The position numbers and the translations under genes were made by a program. Positions 12,101 through 26,600 of a DNA stretch of 64,000 nucleotides are shown piece after piece. The notes under the pieces were generated by a model. It searched no databases. It had not been told where the DNA came from and was given only the letters and a program-made list of their open reading frames with translations. The DNA is from Tubulanus polymorphus. Its lineage: Eukaryota; Animalia; Nemertea. The stretch spans positions 186,001 to 250,000 of the forward strand of contig NC_134035.1 of NCBI RefSeq assembly GCF_964204645.1, read 5' to 3'. Numbering within the stretch: the stretch's first letter is position 1; every line of letters starts with the position of its first letter.

Positions 12101-15100
12101 GTGTCTGCGAAGTCGCTGGAGGAGTGAGGTCCCCCTAAACTGTGTGTACCTGAGGACATGAAAATGAAATATCATGCATGAATTCTTATCTTTTTAACCA
12201 ATATCAAAATTCGTACATTTAGAATCATCGCGGCTTTAAAGTCTTTATCAATTGAGGGAATAGTTCACTGTAAATAAAGAATTAGCGATTGAATTGAGCC
12301 CGCTCCACAGTAAAAATAGCGCGATCAATTCAATCTCGACCGTCTAGTGCTGCCGCTATGTATAACGATAGCGTGGAAAACGTGAACTAACATAATACTC
12401 GCTTGCCAGAGTCTTCGAACGGCAGGAGTGGACGAACTAATTACCGATTTGCGGGCCGGATTCCGAGGAAAATTCTCAAACTCTGAAAACTGCTCAGAAA
12501 CGTTTGAACCAAACATTTGTTCTATAAAAGAATGAGCCTTAAAAAGTAAATTTGAATCGGGGTATTTCTAGTATGGTCTGGGAGAGAGCGACAGGTGTTT
12601 GTATGTTCCCTGTTTATTTGCGCGCAAATAGAATATATCGAAGAAGAAATACGGAAATATTGTCAATTCAGATAATAAATCATCATTCAAAATGTAAATG
12701 AATAATTTATTCTGTATGTAAGTACTATATTCATTGATAAGTAAGTGAATTTTAGCTAAAAAGAATTAAATATGATACCTAAAAGATAAGGAAATATCAT
12801 ACAAAATTCAGAACGTATTCATGGTATCATATTTAATCAGAATTAGACGACACACTGGTCCGTTTTGTACGTAATAAGGACATTTAAATTCCGGCGGTAA
12901 ATATGCGCTACTATTTTAGTTCACAGAAATTCCGCTATCGTTATTCGTAGGGGCAGCGCTGTACGGTAACTATCTAACTCAGCCTCGCAATCTTACTGCG
13001 GCATGCGAGTAATACAGATATTTTTCTTAGCCGAATTTCGTTCATTATCTAATACGATTCCATTGTATATGAATAATTCTACTATCGTTCAAGGTTTTTT
13101 GAAGGGCATCTTCTTTTTAAAACGAACTTTAAACCATTTTTGATAGAACTCTTTTGTCCGCGGAATCTATAAGCATCCGGTAAAGCGGTAGGCTCACATG
13201 CCAAAGGAAGAATTTCAAGCAAATTAAATTTTATTCTCTAAAATAGTACATTCAACTACCACTAACACTGTAACCAGAAAAAAATGCTCTGAAACTATTA
13301 AACTATTAAAGAAACAATTTTCTATGAAAGAATAAGGCTTAAGGGTAAATTTGAAGTCAAGTTCTCCCAATATTCGTTCGTTTGTTTGTTTATCCTCCCG
13401 GTGAGTTCTAACACTGCCCACACATATTTATCCAGTTCATCTGATCCTGATCATCAAACTCAAAAGTCAATAATTCCATCCTAATGATGACAAACATCCT
13501 AAAAGATATAAATGAAACTTAATAGATTTGAGGCCACCAATCAGTTATACGGAGTTAGAGTTAAGTCTAGTTACCGGTGTATCAGAGAAATGGCAATCTA
13601 AGGTAGCCTACTCCCCAAAATGAGTGTCAGGGGTCAAATATTTTTTGTCTCCGCCTTTGATGTCAAATATTCAATTAATTTTTAAGGTAGAAATTGATGC
13701 TCTTACTAAAACCCTGTATTATAATTCCTGCAACATAATTACAGGCTGCTTCAAATAACCACATTGACAATTCTTATGAAATGCAGAAAACAGTGTTTAC
13801 AGATAAACTGCTTTCTCATAATTGTTTTGGAAACTTATAAGAAATTCTACTCACACACTCACTAGCCCTTGTCTAGCAGTAATGGTAGTCCACCGAGTTC
13901 CACAAATCCACACCTCCTGGAGTCCACCACTGACTGTATTTTTATGAGTATCAATCCACTTATAGTCCGGTTAGTTGACTAAATAGTCCAGTTAGTTCGT
14001 ATATAGTCTGGTTAGTTCACTAGTAGTCCAGTTAGTTCACTTATAGTGCGGTTAGTTGACTAGAAGTCCAGTTAGTTCACTAGTAGTCCGGAAGAAGTTC
14101 ACCGAAGAAATAAAACTGTGATGAATTTCAGTTGAAGTCAACATCCAGTTTCGTGATGAAGTTTACACGACAGCCAGAAGAAAACCTGAAATATAAAATT
14201 GAAATCACATTAACAGGAAGACTGACTGAGAGGTTGGGGAGGATGGGGTGAGAGGTTGGGGGAGGATAGGGTGAGAGGTTGGAGGAGGATGGGGTGAGAG
14301 GTTGGGGGAGGATGGGATGAGAGGTTGGGGAGGATGGGGTGAGAGGTTGGAGGAGGATGGGGTGAGAGGTTGGGGGAGGATGGGATGAGAGGTTGAGGGA
14401 GGATGGGGTGAGAGGTTGGGGGAGGATGGGGTGAGAGGTTGGGGTGAGGTTGAGGGAGGATGGGGTGAGAGGTTGGGGGAAGGATGGGTGAAAAGGGAAG
14501 CAAAACAGCACAATTACTCTGACATAGTAAAGGCTTATGCAAAAGTTTTCAGCAGTTTTCAGTACGGCACTGGATTAACAGATTCTCGTTTTACACAAGA
14601 GCCCAGCCTGTGGCAGTGGAAGAAAGCTGGTGTAACTAACTGGTCGAGTCAGCTGGTCTTAACCTGCTGAACAAGATGTGGTGCTGGAGGAAGTTAAAGA
14701 ACAGTTCATCAAGATTTGTGAAACTATCCCCTGCACCATGTGCAATGCAAGCGGCTAGGGTAGTGCGGCCCGTGTAGGCTAGAAAGTGGGTTTTGACACC
14801 GAGTAAGGTCCCTGTTAGTCTAGTACCTAGCCGTCGTTCCCCAAACAACCCGGAACTCGTAGTAACAACGACTGACTGATTCAGACTAAATTTGAGTAGG
14901 TCCCGGCCTCACTGACTGACACTGACTACTGTAGTAGTGAAGTGTCTGCGAAGTCGCTGGAGGAGTGAGGTCCCCCTAAACTGTGTGTACCTGAGGACAT
15001 GAAAATGAAATATCATGCATGAATTCTTATCTTTTTAACCAATATCAAAATTCGTACATTTAGAATCATCGCGGCTTTAAAGTCTTTATCAATTGAGGGA

Positions 15101-18100
15101 ATAGTTCACTGTAAATAAAGAATTAGCGATTGAATTGAGCCCGCTCCACAGTAAAAATAGCGCGATAAATTCAATCTCGACCGTCTAGTGCTGCCGCTAT
15201 GTATAACGATAGCGTGGAAAACGTGAACTAACATAATACTCGCTTGCCAGAGTCTTCGAACGGCAGGAGTGGACGAACTAATTACCGATTTGCGGGCCGG
15301 ATTCCGAGGAAAATTCTCAAACTCTGAAAACTGCTCAGAAACGTTTGAACCAAACATTTGTTCTATAAAAGAATGAGCCTTAAAAAGTAAATTTGAATCG
15401 GGGTATTTCTAGTATGGTCTGGGAGAGAGCGACAGGTGTTTGTATGTTCCCTGTTTATTTGCGCGCAAATAGAATATATCGAAGAAGAAATACGGAAATA
15501 TTGTCAATTCAGATAATAAATCATCATTCAAAATGTAAATGAATAATTTATTCTGTATGTAAGTACTATATTCATTGATAAGTAAGTGAATTTTAGCTAA
15601 AAAGAATTAAATATGATACCTAAAAGATAAGGAAATATCATACAAAATTCAGAACGTATTCATGGTATCATATTTAATCAGAATTAGACGACACACTGGT
15701 CCGTTTTGTACGTAATAAGGACATTTAAATTCCGGCGGTAAATATGCGCTACTATTTTAGTTCACAGAAATTCCGCTATCGTTATTCGTAGGGGCAGCGC
15801 TGTACGGTAACTATCTAACTCAGCCTCGCAATCTTACTGCGGCATGCGAGTAATACAGATATTTTTCTTAGCCGAATTTCGTTCATTATCTAATACGATT
15901 CCATTGTATATGAATAATTCTACTATCGTTCAAGGTTTTTTGAAGGGCATCTTCTTTTTAAAACGAACTTTAAACCATTTTTGATAGAACTCTTTTGTCC
16001 GCGGAATCTATAAGCATCCGGTAAAGCGGTAGGCTCACATGCCAAAGGAAGAATTTCAAGCAAATTAAATTTTATTCTCTAAAATAGTACATTCAACTAC
16101 CACTAACACTGTAACCAGAAAAAAATGCTCTGAAACTATTAAACTATTAAAGAAACAATTTTCTATGAAAGAATAAGGCTTAAGGGTAAATTTGAAGTCA
16201 AGTTCTCCCAATATTCGTTCGTTTGTTTGTTTATCCTCCCGGTGAGTTCTAACACTGCCCACACATATTTATCCAGTTCATCTGATCCTCATCATCAAAC
16301 TCTAAAGTCAATAATTCCATCCTAATGATGACAAACATCCTAAAAGATATAAATGAAACTTAATAGATTTGAGGCCACCAATCAGTTATACGGAGTTAGA
16401 GTTAAGTCTAGTTACCGGTGTATCAGAGAAATGGCAATCTAAGGTAGCCTACTCCCCAAAATGAGTGTCAGGGGTCAAATATTTTTTGTCTCCGACTTTG
16501 ATGTCAAATATTCAATTAATTTTTAAGGTAGAAATTGATGCTCTTACTAAAACCCTGTATTATAATTCCTGCAACATAATTACAGGCTGCTTCAAATAAC
16601 CACATTGACAATTCTTATGAAATGCAGAAAACAGTGTTTACAGATAAACTGCTTTCTCATAATTGTTTTGGAAACTTATAAGAAATTCTACTCACACACT
16701 CACTAGCCCTTGTCTAGCAGTAATGGTAGTCCACCGAGTTCCACAAATCCACACCTCCTGGAGTCCACCACTGACTGTATTTTTATGAGTATCAATCCAC
16801 TTATAGTCCGGTTAGTTGACTAAATAGTCCAGTTAGTTCGTATATAGTCTGGTTAGTTCACTAGTAGTCCAGTTAGTTCACTTATAGTGCGGTTAGTTGA
16901 CTAGAAGTCCAGTTAGTTCACTAGTAGTCCGGAAGAAGTTCACTGAAGAAATAAAACTGTGATGAATTTCAGTTGAAGTCAACATCCAGTTTCGTGATGA
17001 AGTTTACACGACAGCCAGAAGAAAACCTGAAATATAAAATTGAAATCACATTAACAGGAAGACTGACTGAGAGGTTGGGGAGGATGGGGTGAGAGGTTGG
17101 GGGAGGATAGGGTGAGAGGTTGGAGGAGGATGGGGTGAGAGGTTGGGAGAGGATGGGATGAGAGGTTGGGGAGGATGGGGTGAGAGGTTGGAGGAGGATG
17201 GGGTGAGAGGTTGGGGGAGGATGGGATGAGAGGTTGAGGGAGGATGGGGTGAGAGGTTGGGGGAGGATGGGGTGAGAGGTTGGGGTGAGGTTGAGGGAGG
17301 ATGGGGTGAGAGGTTGGGGGAAGGATGGGTGAAAAGGGAAGCAAAACAGCACAATTACTCTGACATAGTAAAGGCTTATGCAAAAGTTTTCAGCAGTTTT
17401 CAGTACGGCACTGGATTAACAGATTCTCGTTTTACACAAGAGCCCAGCCTGTGGCAGTGGAAGAAAGCTGGTGTAACTAACTGGTTGAGTCAGCTGGTCT
17501 TAACCTGCTGAACAAGATGTGGTGCTGGAGGAAGTTAAAGAACAGTTCATCAAGATTTGTGAAACTATCCCCTGCACCATGTGCAATGCAAGCGGCTAGG
17601 GTAGTGCGGCCCGTGTAGGCTAGAAAGTGGGTTTTGACACCGAGTAAGGTCCCTGTTAGTCTAGTACCTAGCCGTCGTTCCCCAAACAACCCGGAACTCG
17701 TAGTAACAACGACTGACTGATTCAGACTAAATTTGAGTAGGTCCCGGCCTCACTGACACTGACTGTAGTGTAGTAGTGAAGTGTCTGCGAAGTCGCTGGA
17801 GGAGTGAGGTCCCCCTAAACTGTGTGTACCTGAGGACATGAAAATGAAATATCATGCATGAATTCTTATCTTTTTAACCAATATCAAAATTCGTACATTT
17901 AGAATCATCGCGGCTTTAAAGTCTTTATCAATTGAGGGAATAGTTCACTGTAAATAAAGAATTAGCGATTGAATTGAGCCCGCTCCACAGTAAAAATAGC
18001 GCGATCAATTCAATCTCGACCGTCTAGTGCTGCCGCTATGTATAACGATAGCGTGGAAAACGTGAACTAACATAATACTCGCTTGCCAGAGTCTTCGAAC

Positions 18101-20667
18101 GGCAGGAGTAGACGAACTAATTACCGATTTGCGGGCCGGATTCCGAGGAAAATTCTCAAACTCTGAAAACTGCTCAGAAACGTTTGAACCAAACATTTGT
18201 TCTATAAAAGAATGAGCCTTAAAAAGTAAATTTGAATCGGGGTATTTCTAGTATGGTCTGGGAGAGAGCGACAGGTGTTTGTATGTTCCCTGTTTATTTG
18301 CGCGCAAATAGAATATATCGAAGAAGAAATACGGAAATATTGTCAATTCAGATAATAAATCATCATTCAAAATGTAAATGAATAATTTATTCTGTATGTA
18401 AGTACTATATTCATTGATAAGTAAGTGAATTTTAGCTAAAAAGAATTAAATATGATACCTAAAAGATAAGGAAATATCATACAAAATTCAGAACGTATTC
18501 ATGGTATCATATTTAATCAGAATTAGACGACACACTGGTCCGTTTTGTACGTAATAAGGACATTTAAATTCCGGCGGTAAATATGCGCTACTATTTTAGT
18601 TCACAGAAATTCCGCTATCGTTATTCGTAGGGGCAGCGCTGTACGGTAACTATCTAACTCAGCCTCGCAATCTTACTGCGGCATGCGAGTAATACAGATA
18701 TTTTTCTTAGCCGAATTTCGTTCATTATCTAATACGATTCCATTGTATATGAATAATTCTACTATCGTTCAAGGTTTTTTGAAGGGCATCTTCTTTTTAA
18801 AACGAACTTTAAACCATTTTTGATAGAACTCTTTTGTCCGCGGAATCTATAAGCATCCGGTAAAGCGGTAGGCTCACATGCCAAAGGAAGAATTTCAAGC
18901 AAATTAAATTTTATTCTCTAAAATAGTACATTCAACTACCACTAACACTGTAACCAGAAAAAAATGCTCTGAAACTATTAAACTATTAAAGAAACAATTT
19001 TCTATGAAAGAATAAGGCTTAAGGGTAAATTTGAAGTCAAGTTCTCCCAATATTCGTTCGTTTGTTTGTTTATCCTCCCGGTGAGTTCTAACACTGCCCA
19101 CACATATTTATCCAGTTCATCTGATCCTCATCATCAAACTCAAAAGTCAATAATTCCATCCTAATGATGACAAACATCCTAAAAGATATAAATGAAACTT
19201 AATAGATTTGAGGCCACCAATCAGTTATACGGAGTTAGAGTTAAGTCTAGTTACCGGTGTATCAGAGAAATGGCAATCTAAGGTAGCCTACTCCCCAAAA
19301 TGAGTGTCAGGGGTCAAATATTTTTTGTCTCCGACTTTGATGTCAAATATTCAATTAATTTCTAAGGTAGAAATTGATGCTCTTACTAAAACCCTGTATT
19401 ATAATTCCTGCAACATAATTACAGGCTGCTTCAAATAACCACATTGACAATTCTTATGAAATGCAGAAAACAGTGTTTACAGATAAACTGCTTTCTCATA
19501 ATTGTTTTGGAAACTTATAAGAAATTCTACTCACACACTCACTAGCCCTTGTCTAGCAGTAATGGTAGTCCACCGAGTTCCACAAATCCACACCTCCTGG
19601 AGTCCACCACTGACTGTATTTTTATGAGTATCAATCCACTTATAGTCCGGTTAGTTGACTAAATAGTCCAGTTAGTTCGTATATAGTCTGGTTAGTTCAC
19701 TAGTAGTCCAGTTAGTTCACTTATAGTGCGGTTAGTTGACTAGAAGTCCAGTTAGTTCACTAGTAGTCCGGAAGAAGTTCACTGAAGAAATAAAACTGTG
19801 ATGAATTTCAGTTGAAGTCAACATCCAGTTTCGTGATGAAGTTTACACGACAGCCAGAAGAAAACCTGAAATATAAAATTGAAATCACATTAACAGGAAG
19901 ACTGACTGAGAGGTTGGGGAGGATGGGGTGAGAGGTTGGGGGAGGATAGGGTGAGAGGTTGGAGGAGGATGGGGTGAGAGGTTGGGGGAGGATGGGATGA
20001 GAGGTTGGGGAGGATGGGGTGAGAGGTTGGAGGAGGATGGGGTGAGAGGTTGGGGGAGGATGGGATGAGAGGTTGAGGGAGGATGGGGTGAGAGGTTGGG
20101 GGAGGATGGGGTGAGAGGTTGGGGTGAGGTTGAGGGAGGATGGGGTGAGAGGTTGGGGGAAGGATGGGTGAAAAGGGAAGCAAAACAGCACAATTACTCT
20201 GACATAGTAAAGGCTTATGCAAAAGTTTTCAGCAGTTTTCAGTACGGCACTGGATTAACAGATTCTCGTTTTACACAAGAGCCCAGCCTGTGGCAGTGGA
20301 AGAAAGCTGGTGTAACTAACTGGTCGAGTCAGCTGGTCTTAACCTGCTGAACAAGATATGGTGCTGGAGGAAGTTAAAGAACAGTTCATCAAGATTTGTG
20401 AAACTATCCCCTGCACCATGTGCAATGCAAGCGGCTAGGGTAGTGCGGCCCGTGTAGGCTAGAAAGTGGGTTTTGACACCGAGTAAGGTCCCTGTTAGTC
20501 TAGTACCTAGCCGTCGTTCCCCAAACAACCCGGAACTCGTAGTAACAACGACTGACTGATTCAGACTAAATTTGGGTAGGTCCCGGCCTCACTGACACTG
20601 ACTGTCGACGTCGTGAAGTGTCTGCGAAGTCGCTGGAGGAGTGAGGTCCCCCTAAACTGTGTGTACC

Positions 20668-23600
20668 GGACTCGATCCGTGCACAAAGGCCAACAGTTAG
20701 AGGCCACTCGATCCGTGCACAAAGGCCAACAGTTAGAGGCCACTCGATCCGTGCACAAAGGCCAACAGTTAGAGGACTCGATCCGTGCACAAAGGCCAAC
20801 AGTTAGAGGACTCGATCCGTACACAAAGGCCAACAGTTAGAGGCCACTCGATCCGTGCACAAAGGCCAACAGTTAGAGGACTCGATCCGTGCACAAAGGC
20901 CAACAGTTAGAGGACTCGACCCGTGCACAAAGGCCAACAGTTAGAGGACTCGATCCGTGCACAAAGGCCAACAGTTAGAGGACTCGATCCGTGCACAAAG
21001 GCCAACAGTTAGAGGACTCGATCCGTGCACAAAGGCCAACAGTTATAGGACTCGATCCGTGCACAAAGGCCAACAGTTACAGGACTCGATCCGTGCACAA
21101 AGGCCAACAGTTACAGGACTCGATCCGTGCACAAAGGCCAACAGTTAGAGGACTCGATCCGTGCACAAAGGCCAACAGTTAGAGGCCACTCGATCCGTGC
21201 ACAAAGGCCAACAGTTAGAGGCCACTCGATCCGTGCACAAAGGCCAACAGTTAGAGGACTCGATCCGTGCACAAAGGCCAACAGTTAGAGGCCACTCGAT
21301 CCGTGCACAAAGGCCAACAGTTAGAGGACTCGATCCGTGCACAAAGGCCAACAGTTAGAGGACTCGATCCGTGCACAAAGGCCAACAGTTAGAGGACTCG
21401 ATCCGTGCACAAAGGCCAACAGTTAGAGGACTCGATCCGTACACAAAGGCCAACAGTTAGAGGCCACTCGATCCGTGCACAAAGGCCAACAGTTAGAGGA
21501 CTCGATCCGTACACAAAGGCCAACAGTTAGAGGACTCGATCCGTACACAAAGGCCAACAGTTAGAGGACTCGATCCGTGCACAAAGGCCAACAGTTAGAG
21601 GACTCGATCCGTGCACAAAGGCCAACAGTTAGGGGACTCGATCCGTGCACAAAGGCCAACAGTTAGAGGACTCGATCCGTGCACAAAGGCCAAAAGTTAG
21701 GGGACTCGATCCGTGCACAAAGGCCAACAGTTAGGGGACTCGATCCGTGCACAAAGGCCAACAGTTAGGGGACTCGATCCGTGCACAAAGGCCAACACTT
21801 AGAGGACTCGATCCGTGCACAAAGGCCAACAGTTAGAGGACTCGATCCGTGCACAAAGGCCAACAGTTAGAGGACTCGATCCGTACACAAAGGCCAACAG
21901 TTAGAGGACTCGATCCGTGCACAAAGGCCAACAGTTAGAGGACTCGATCCGTGCACAAAGGCCAACAGTTAGAGGACTCGATCCGTACACAAAGGCCAAC
22001 AGTTAGAGGACTCGATCCGTACACAAAGGCCAACAGTTAGAAGACTCGATCCGTGCACAAAGGCCAACAGTTAGAGGACTCGATCCGTACACAAAGGCCA
22101 ACAGTTAGAGGACTCGATCCGTGCACAAAGGCCAACAGTTAGAGGACTCGATCCGTGCACAAAGGCCAACAGTTAGAGGACTCGATCCGTACACAAAGGC
22201 CAACAGTTAGAGGACTCGATCCGTGCACAAAGGCCAACAGTTAGAGGACTCGATCCGTGCACAAAGGCCAACAGTTACAGGACTCGATCCGTGCACAAAG
22301 GCCAACAGTTACAGGACTCGATCCGTGCACAAAGGCCAACAGTTAGAGGACTCGATCCGTGCACAAAGGCCAACAGTTAGAGGACTCGATCCGTGCACAA
22401 AGGCCAACACTTAGAGGACTCGATCCGTGCACAAAGGCCAACAGTTAGAGGCCACTCGATCCGTGCACAAAGGCCAACAGTTAGAGGCCACTCGATCCGT
22501 GCACAAAGGCCAACAGTTAGAGGACTCGATCCGTGCACAAAGGCCAACAGTTAGAGGCCACTCGATCCGTGCACAAAGGCCAACAGTTAGAGGACTCGAT
22601 CCGAAAACAAAGGCCAACAGTTAGAGGACTCGATCCGTACACAAAGCCCAACAGTTAGAGGACTCGATCCGTGCACAAAGGCCAACAGTTAGGGGACTCG
22701 ATCCGTGCACAAAGGCCAACAGTTAGAGGACTCGATCCGTACACAAAGGCCAACACTTAGAGGCCACTCGATCCGTGCACAAAGGCCAACAGTTAGAGGA
22801 CTCGATCCGTACACAAAGGCCAACAGTTAGAGGCCACTCGATCCGTGCACAAAGGCCAACAGTTAGAGGACTCGATCCGTACACAAAGGCCAACAGTTAG
22901 AGGACTCGATCCGAAAACAAAGGCCAACAGTTAGAGGACTCGATCCGTACACAAAGGCCAACAGTTAGAGGACTCGATCCGTGCACAAAGGCCAACAGTT
23001 ACAGGACTCGATCCGTGCACAAAGGCCAAAAGTTAGGGGACTCGATCCGTGCACAAAGGCCAACAGTTAGGGGACTCGATCCGTGCACAAAGGCCAACAG
23101 TTAGGGGACTCGATCCGTGCACAAAGGCCAACACTTAGAGGACTCGATCCGTGCACAAAGGCCAACAGTTAGAGGACTCGATCCGTGCACTAAGGCCAAC
23201 AGTTAGAGGACTCGATCCGTGCACAAAGGCCAACAGTTAGAGGACTCGATCCGTACACAAAGGCCAACAGTTAGAGGACTCGATCCGTGCACAAAGGCCA
23301 ACAGTTAGAGGACTCGATCCGTGCACAAAGGCCAACAGTTAGGGGACTCGATCCGTGCACAAAGGCCAACAGTTAGAGGACTCGATCCGTGCACAAAGGC
23401 CAACAGTTATAGGACTCGATCCGTGCACAAAGGCCAACAGTTACAGGACTCGATCCGTGCACAAAGGCCAACAGTTAGAGGACTCGATCCGTACACAAAG
23501 GCCAACACTTAGAGGCCACTCGATCCGTGCACAAAGGCCAACAGTTAGAGGACTCGATCCGTACACAAAGGCCAACAGTTAGAGGCCACTCGATCCGTGC

Positions 23601-26600
23601 ACAAAGGCCAACAGTTAGAGGACTCGATCCGTGCACAAAGGCCAACAGTTAGAGGACTCGATCCGTGCACAAAGGCCAACAGTTAGAGGACTCGATCCGT
23701 GCACAAAGGCCAACAGTTATAGGACTCGATCCGTGCACAAAGGCCAACAGTTACAGGACTCGATCCGTGCACAAAGGCCAACAGTTACAGGACTCGATCC
23801 GTGCACAAAGGCCAACAGTTACAGGACTCGATCCGTGCACAAAGGCCAACAGTTACAGGACTCGATCCGTGCACAAAGGCCAACAGTTACAGGACTCGAT
23901 CCGTGCACAAAGGCCAACAGTTACAGGACTCGATCCGTGCACAAAGGCCAACAGTTAGAGGCCACTCGATCCGTGCACAAAGGCCAACAGTTAGAGGCCA
24001 CTCGATCCGTGCACAAAGGCCAACAGTTAGAGGCCACTCGATCCGTGCACAAAGGCCAACAGTTAGAGGACTCGATCCGTGCACAAAGGCCAACAGTTAG
24101 AGGCCACTCGATCCGTGCATAAAGGCCAACAGTTAGAGGACTCGATCCGTGCACAAAGGCCAACAGTTAGGGGACTCGATCCGTGCACAAAGGCCAACAG
24201 TTAGAGGACTCGATCCGTGCACAAAGGCCAACAGTTAGAGGACTCGATCCGTACACAAAGGCCAACAGTTAGAGGCCACTCGATCCGTGCACAAAGGCCA
24301 ACAGTTAGAGGACTCGATCCGTACACAAAGGCCAACAGTTAGAGGACTCGATCCGTACACAAAGGCCAACAGTTAGAGGACTCGATCCGTGCACAAAGGC
24401 CAACAGTTAGAGGACTCGATCCGTGCACAAAGGCCAACAGTTAGGGGACTCGATCCGTGCACAAAGGCCAACAGTTAGAGGACTCGATCCGTGCACAAAG
24501 GCCAAAAGTTAGGGGACTCGATCCGTGCACAAAGGCCAACAGTTAGGGGACTCGATCCGTGCACAAAGGCCAACAGTTAGGGGACTCGATCCGTGCACAA
24601 AGGCCAACACTTAGAGGACTCGATCCGTGCACAAAGGCCAACAGTTAGAGGACTCGATCCGTGCACTAAGGCCAACAGTTAGAGGACTCGATCCGTGCAC
24701 AAAGGCCAACAGTTAGAGGACTCGATCCGTACACAAAGGCCAACAGTTAGAGGACTCGATCCGTGCACAAAGGCCAACAGTTAGAGGACTCGATCCGTGC
24801 ACAAAGGCCAACAGTTAGAGGACTCGATCCGTACACAAAGGCCAACAGTTAGAGGACTCGATCCGTACACAAAGGCCAACAGTTAGAAGACTCGATCCGT
24901 GCACAAAGGCCAACAGTTAGAGGACTCGATCCGTACACAAAGGCCAACAGTTAGAGGACTCGATCCGTGCACAAAGGCCAACAGTTAGAGGACTCGATCC
25001 GTACACAAAGGCCAACAGTTAGAGGACTCGATCCGTGCACAAAGGCCAACAGTTAGAGGACTCGATCCGAAAACAAAGGCCAACAGTTACAGGACTCGAT
25101 CCGTGCACAAAGGCCAACAGTTACAGGACTCGATCCGTGCACAAAGGCCAACAGTTAGAGGACTCGATCCGTGCACAAAGGCCAACAGTTAGAGGACTCG
25201 ATCCGTGCACAAAGGCCAACACTTAGAGGACTCGATCCGTGCACAAAGGCCAACACTTAGAGGACTCGATCCGTGCACAAAGGCCAACAGTTAGAGGCCA
25301 CTCGATCCGTGCACAAAGGCCAACAGTTAGAGGACTCGATCCGTGCACAAAGGCCAACAGTTAGAGGCCACTCGATCCGTGCACAAAGGCCAACAGTTAG
25401 AGGACTCGATCCGAAAACAAAGGCCAACAGTTAGAGGACTCGATCCGTGCACAAAGGCCAACAGTTAGAGGACTCGATCCGTGCACAAAGGCCAACAGTT
25501 AGGGGACTCGATCCGTGCACAAAGGCCAACAGTTAGAGGACTCGATCCGTGCACAAAGGCCAACAGTTAGAGGACTCGATCCGTGCACAAAGGCCAACAG
25601 TTAGAGAACTCGATCCGTGCACAAAGGCCAACAGTTATAGGACTCGATCCGTGCACAAAGGCCAACAGTTACAGGACTCGATCCGTGCACAAAGGCCAAC
25701 AGTTAGAGGACTCGATCCGTACACAAAGGCCAACACTTAGAGGCCACTCGATCCGTGCACAAAGGCCAACAGTTAGAGGACTCGATCCGTACACAAAGGC
25801 CAACAGTTAGAGGCCACTCGATCCGTGCACAAAGGCCAACAGTTAGAGGACTCGATCCGTGCACAAAGGCCAACAGTTAGGGGACTCGATCCGTGCACAA
25901 AGGCCAACAGTTAGAGGACTCGATCCGTGCACAAAGGCCAACAGTTAGAGGACTCGATCCGTGCACAAAGGCCAACAGTTAGAGGACTCGATCCGTGCAC
26001 AAAGGCCAACAGTTATAGGACTCGATCCGTGCACAAAGGCCAACAGTTACAGGACTCGATCCGTGCACAAAGGCCAACAGTTACAGGACTCGATCCGTGC
26101 ACAAAGGCCAACAGTTAGAGGACTCGATCCGTGCACAAAGGCCAACAGTTACAGGACTCGATCCGTGCACAAAGGCCAACAGTTACAGGACTCGATCCGT
26201 GCACAAAGGCCAACAGTTAGAGGACTCGATCCGTGCACAAAGGCCAACAGTTAGAGGCCACTCGATCCGTGCACAAAGGCCAACAGTTAGAGGCCACTCG
26301 ATCCGTGCACAAAGGCCAACAGTTAGAGGCCACTCGATCCGTGCACAAAGGCCAACAGTTTGAGGACTCGATCCGTGCACAAAGGCCAACAGTTAGAGGC
26401 CACTCGATCCCGTGCACAAAGGCCAACAGTTAGAGGACTCGATCCGTGCACAAAGGCCAACAGTTCGAGGACTCGATCCGTGCACAAAGGCCAACAGTTA
26501 GAGGACTCGATCCGTGCACAAAGGCCAACAGTTAGAGGACTCGATCCGTACACAAAGGCCAACAGTTAGAGGCCACTCGATCCGTGCACAAAGGCCAACA

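Larger units (their letters stand above)
1..20667. repeat. Macrosatellite: tandem array of ~2.84-kb composite units (7 full periods + ~1-kb partial; may extend left of window)
   Basis: Anchor CAATCCACTTATAG at 1, 2592, 5431, 8272, 11111, 13952, 16793, 19632 (periods 2591, 2839, 2841, 2839, 2841, 2841, 2839). Interior units differ by only a few SNPs/indels, and the ORF track repeats with the same period. Confidence 0.98.

Noticed and set aside
1-20667. 5S rRNA, snRNA, SL RNA or histone repeat unit
   Set aside because: No recognisable conserved RNA or histone sequence on either strand; an Rfam scan would be needed to exclude this fully.
20561-26569. Many ORF-track peptides (HKGQQLE.., TDRVASNCWPLC..)
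   Set aside because: Translations of the minisatellite; a 34-bp unit shifts frame and gives frequent stops.
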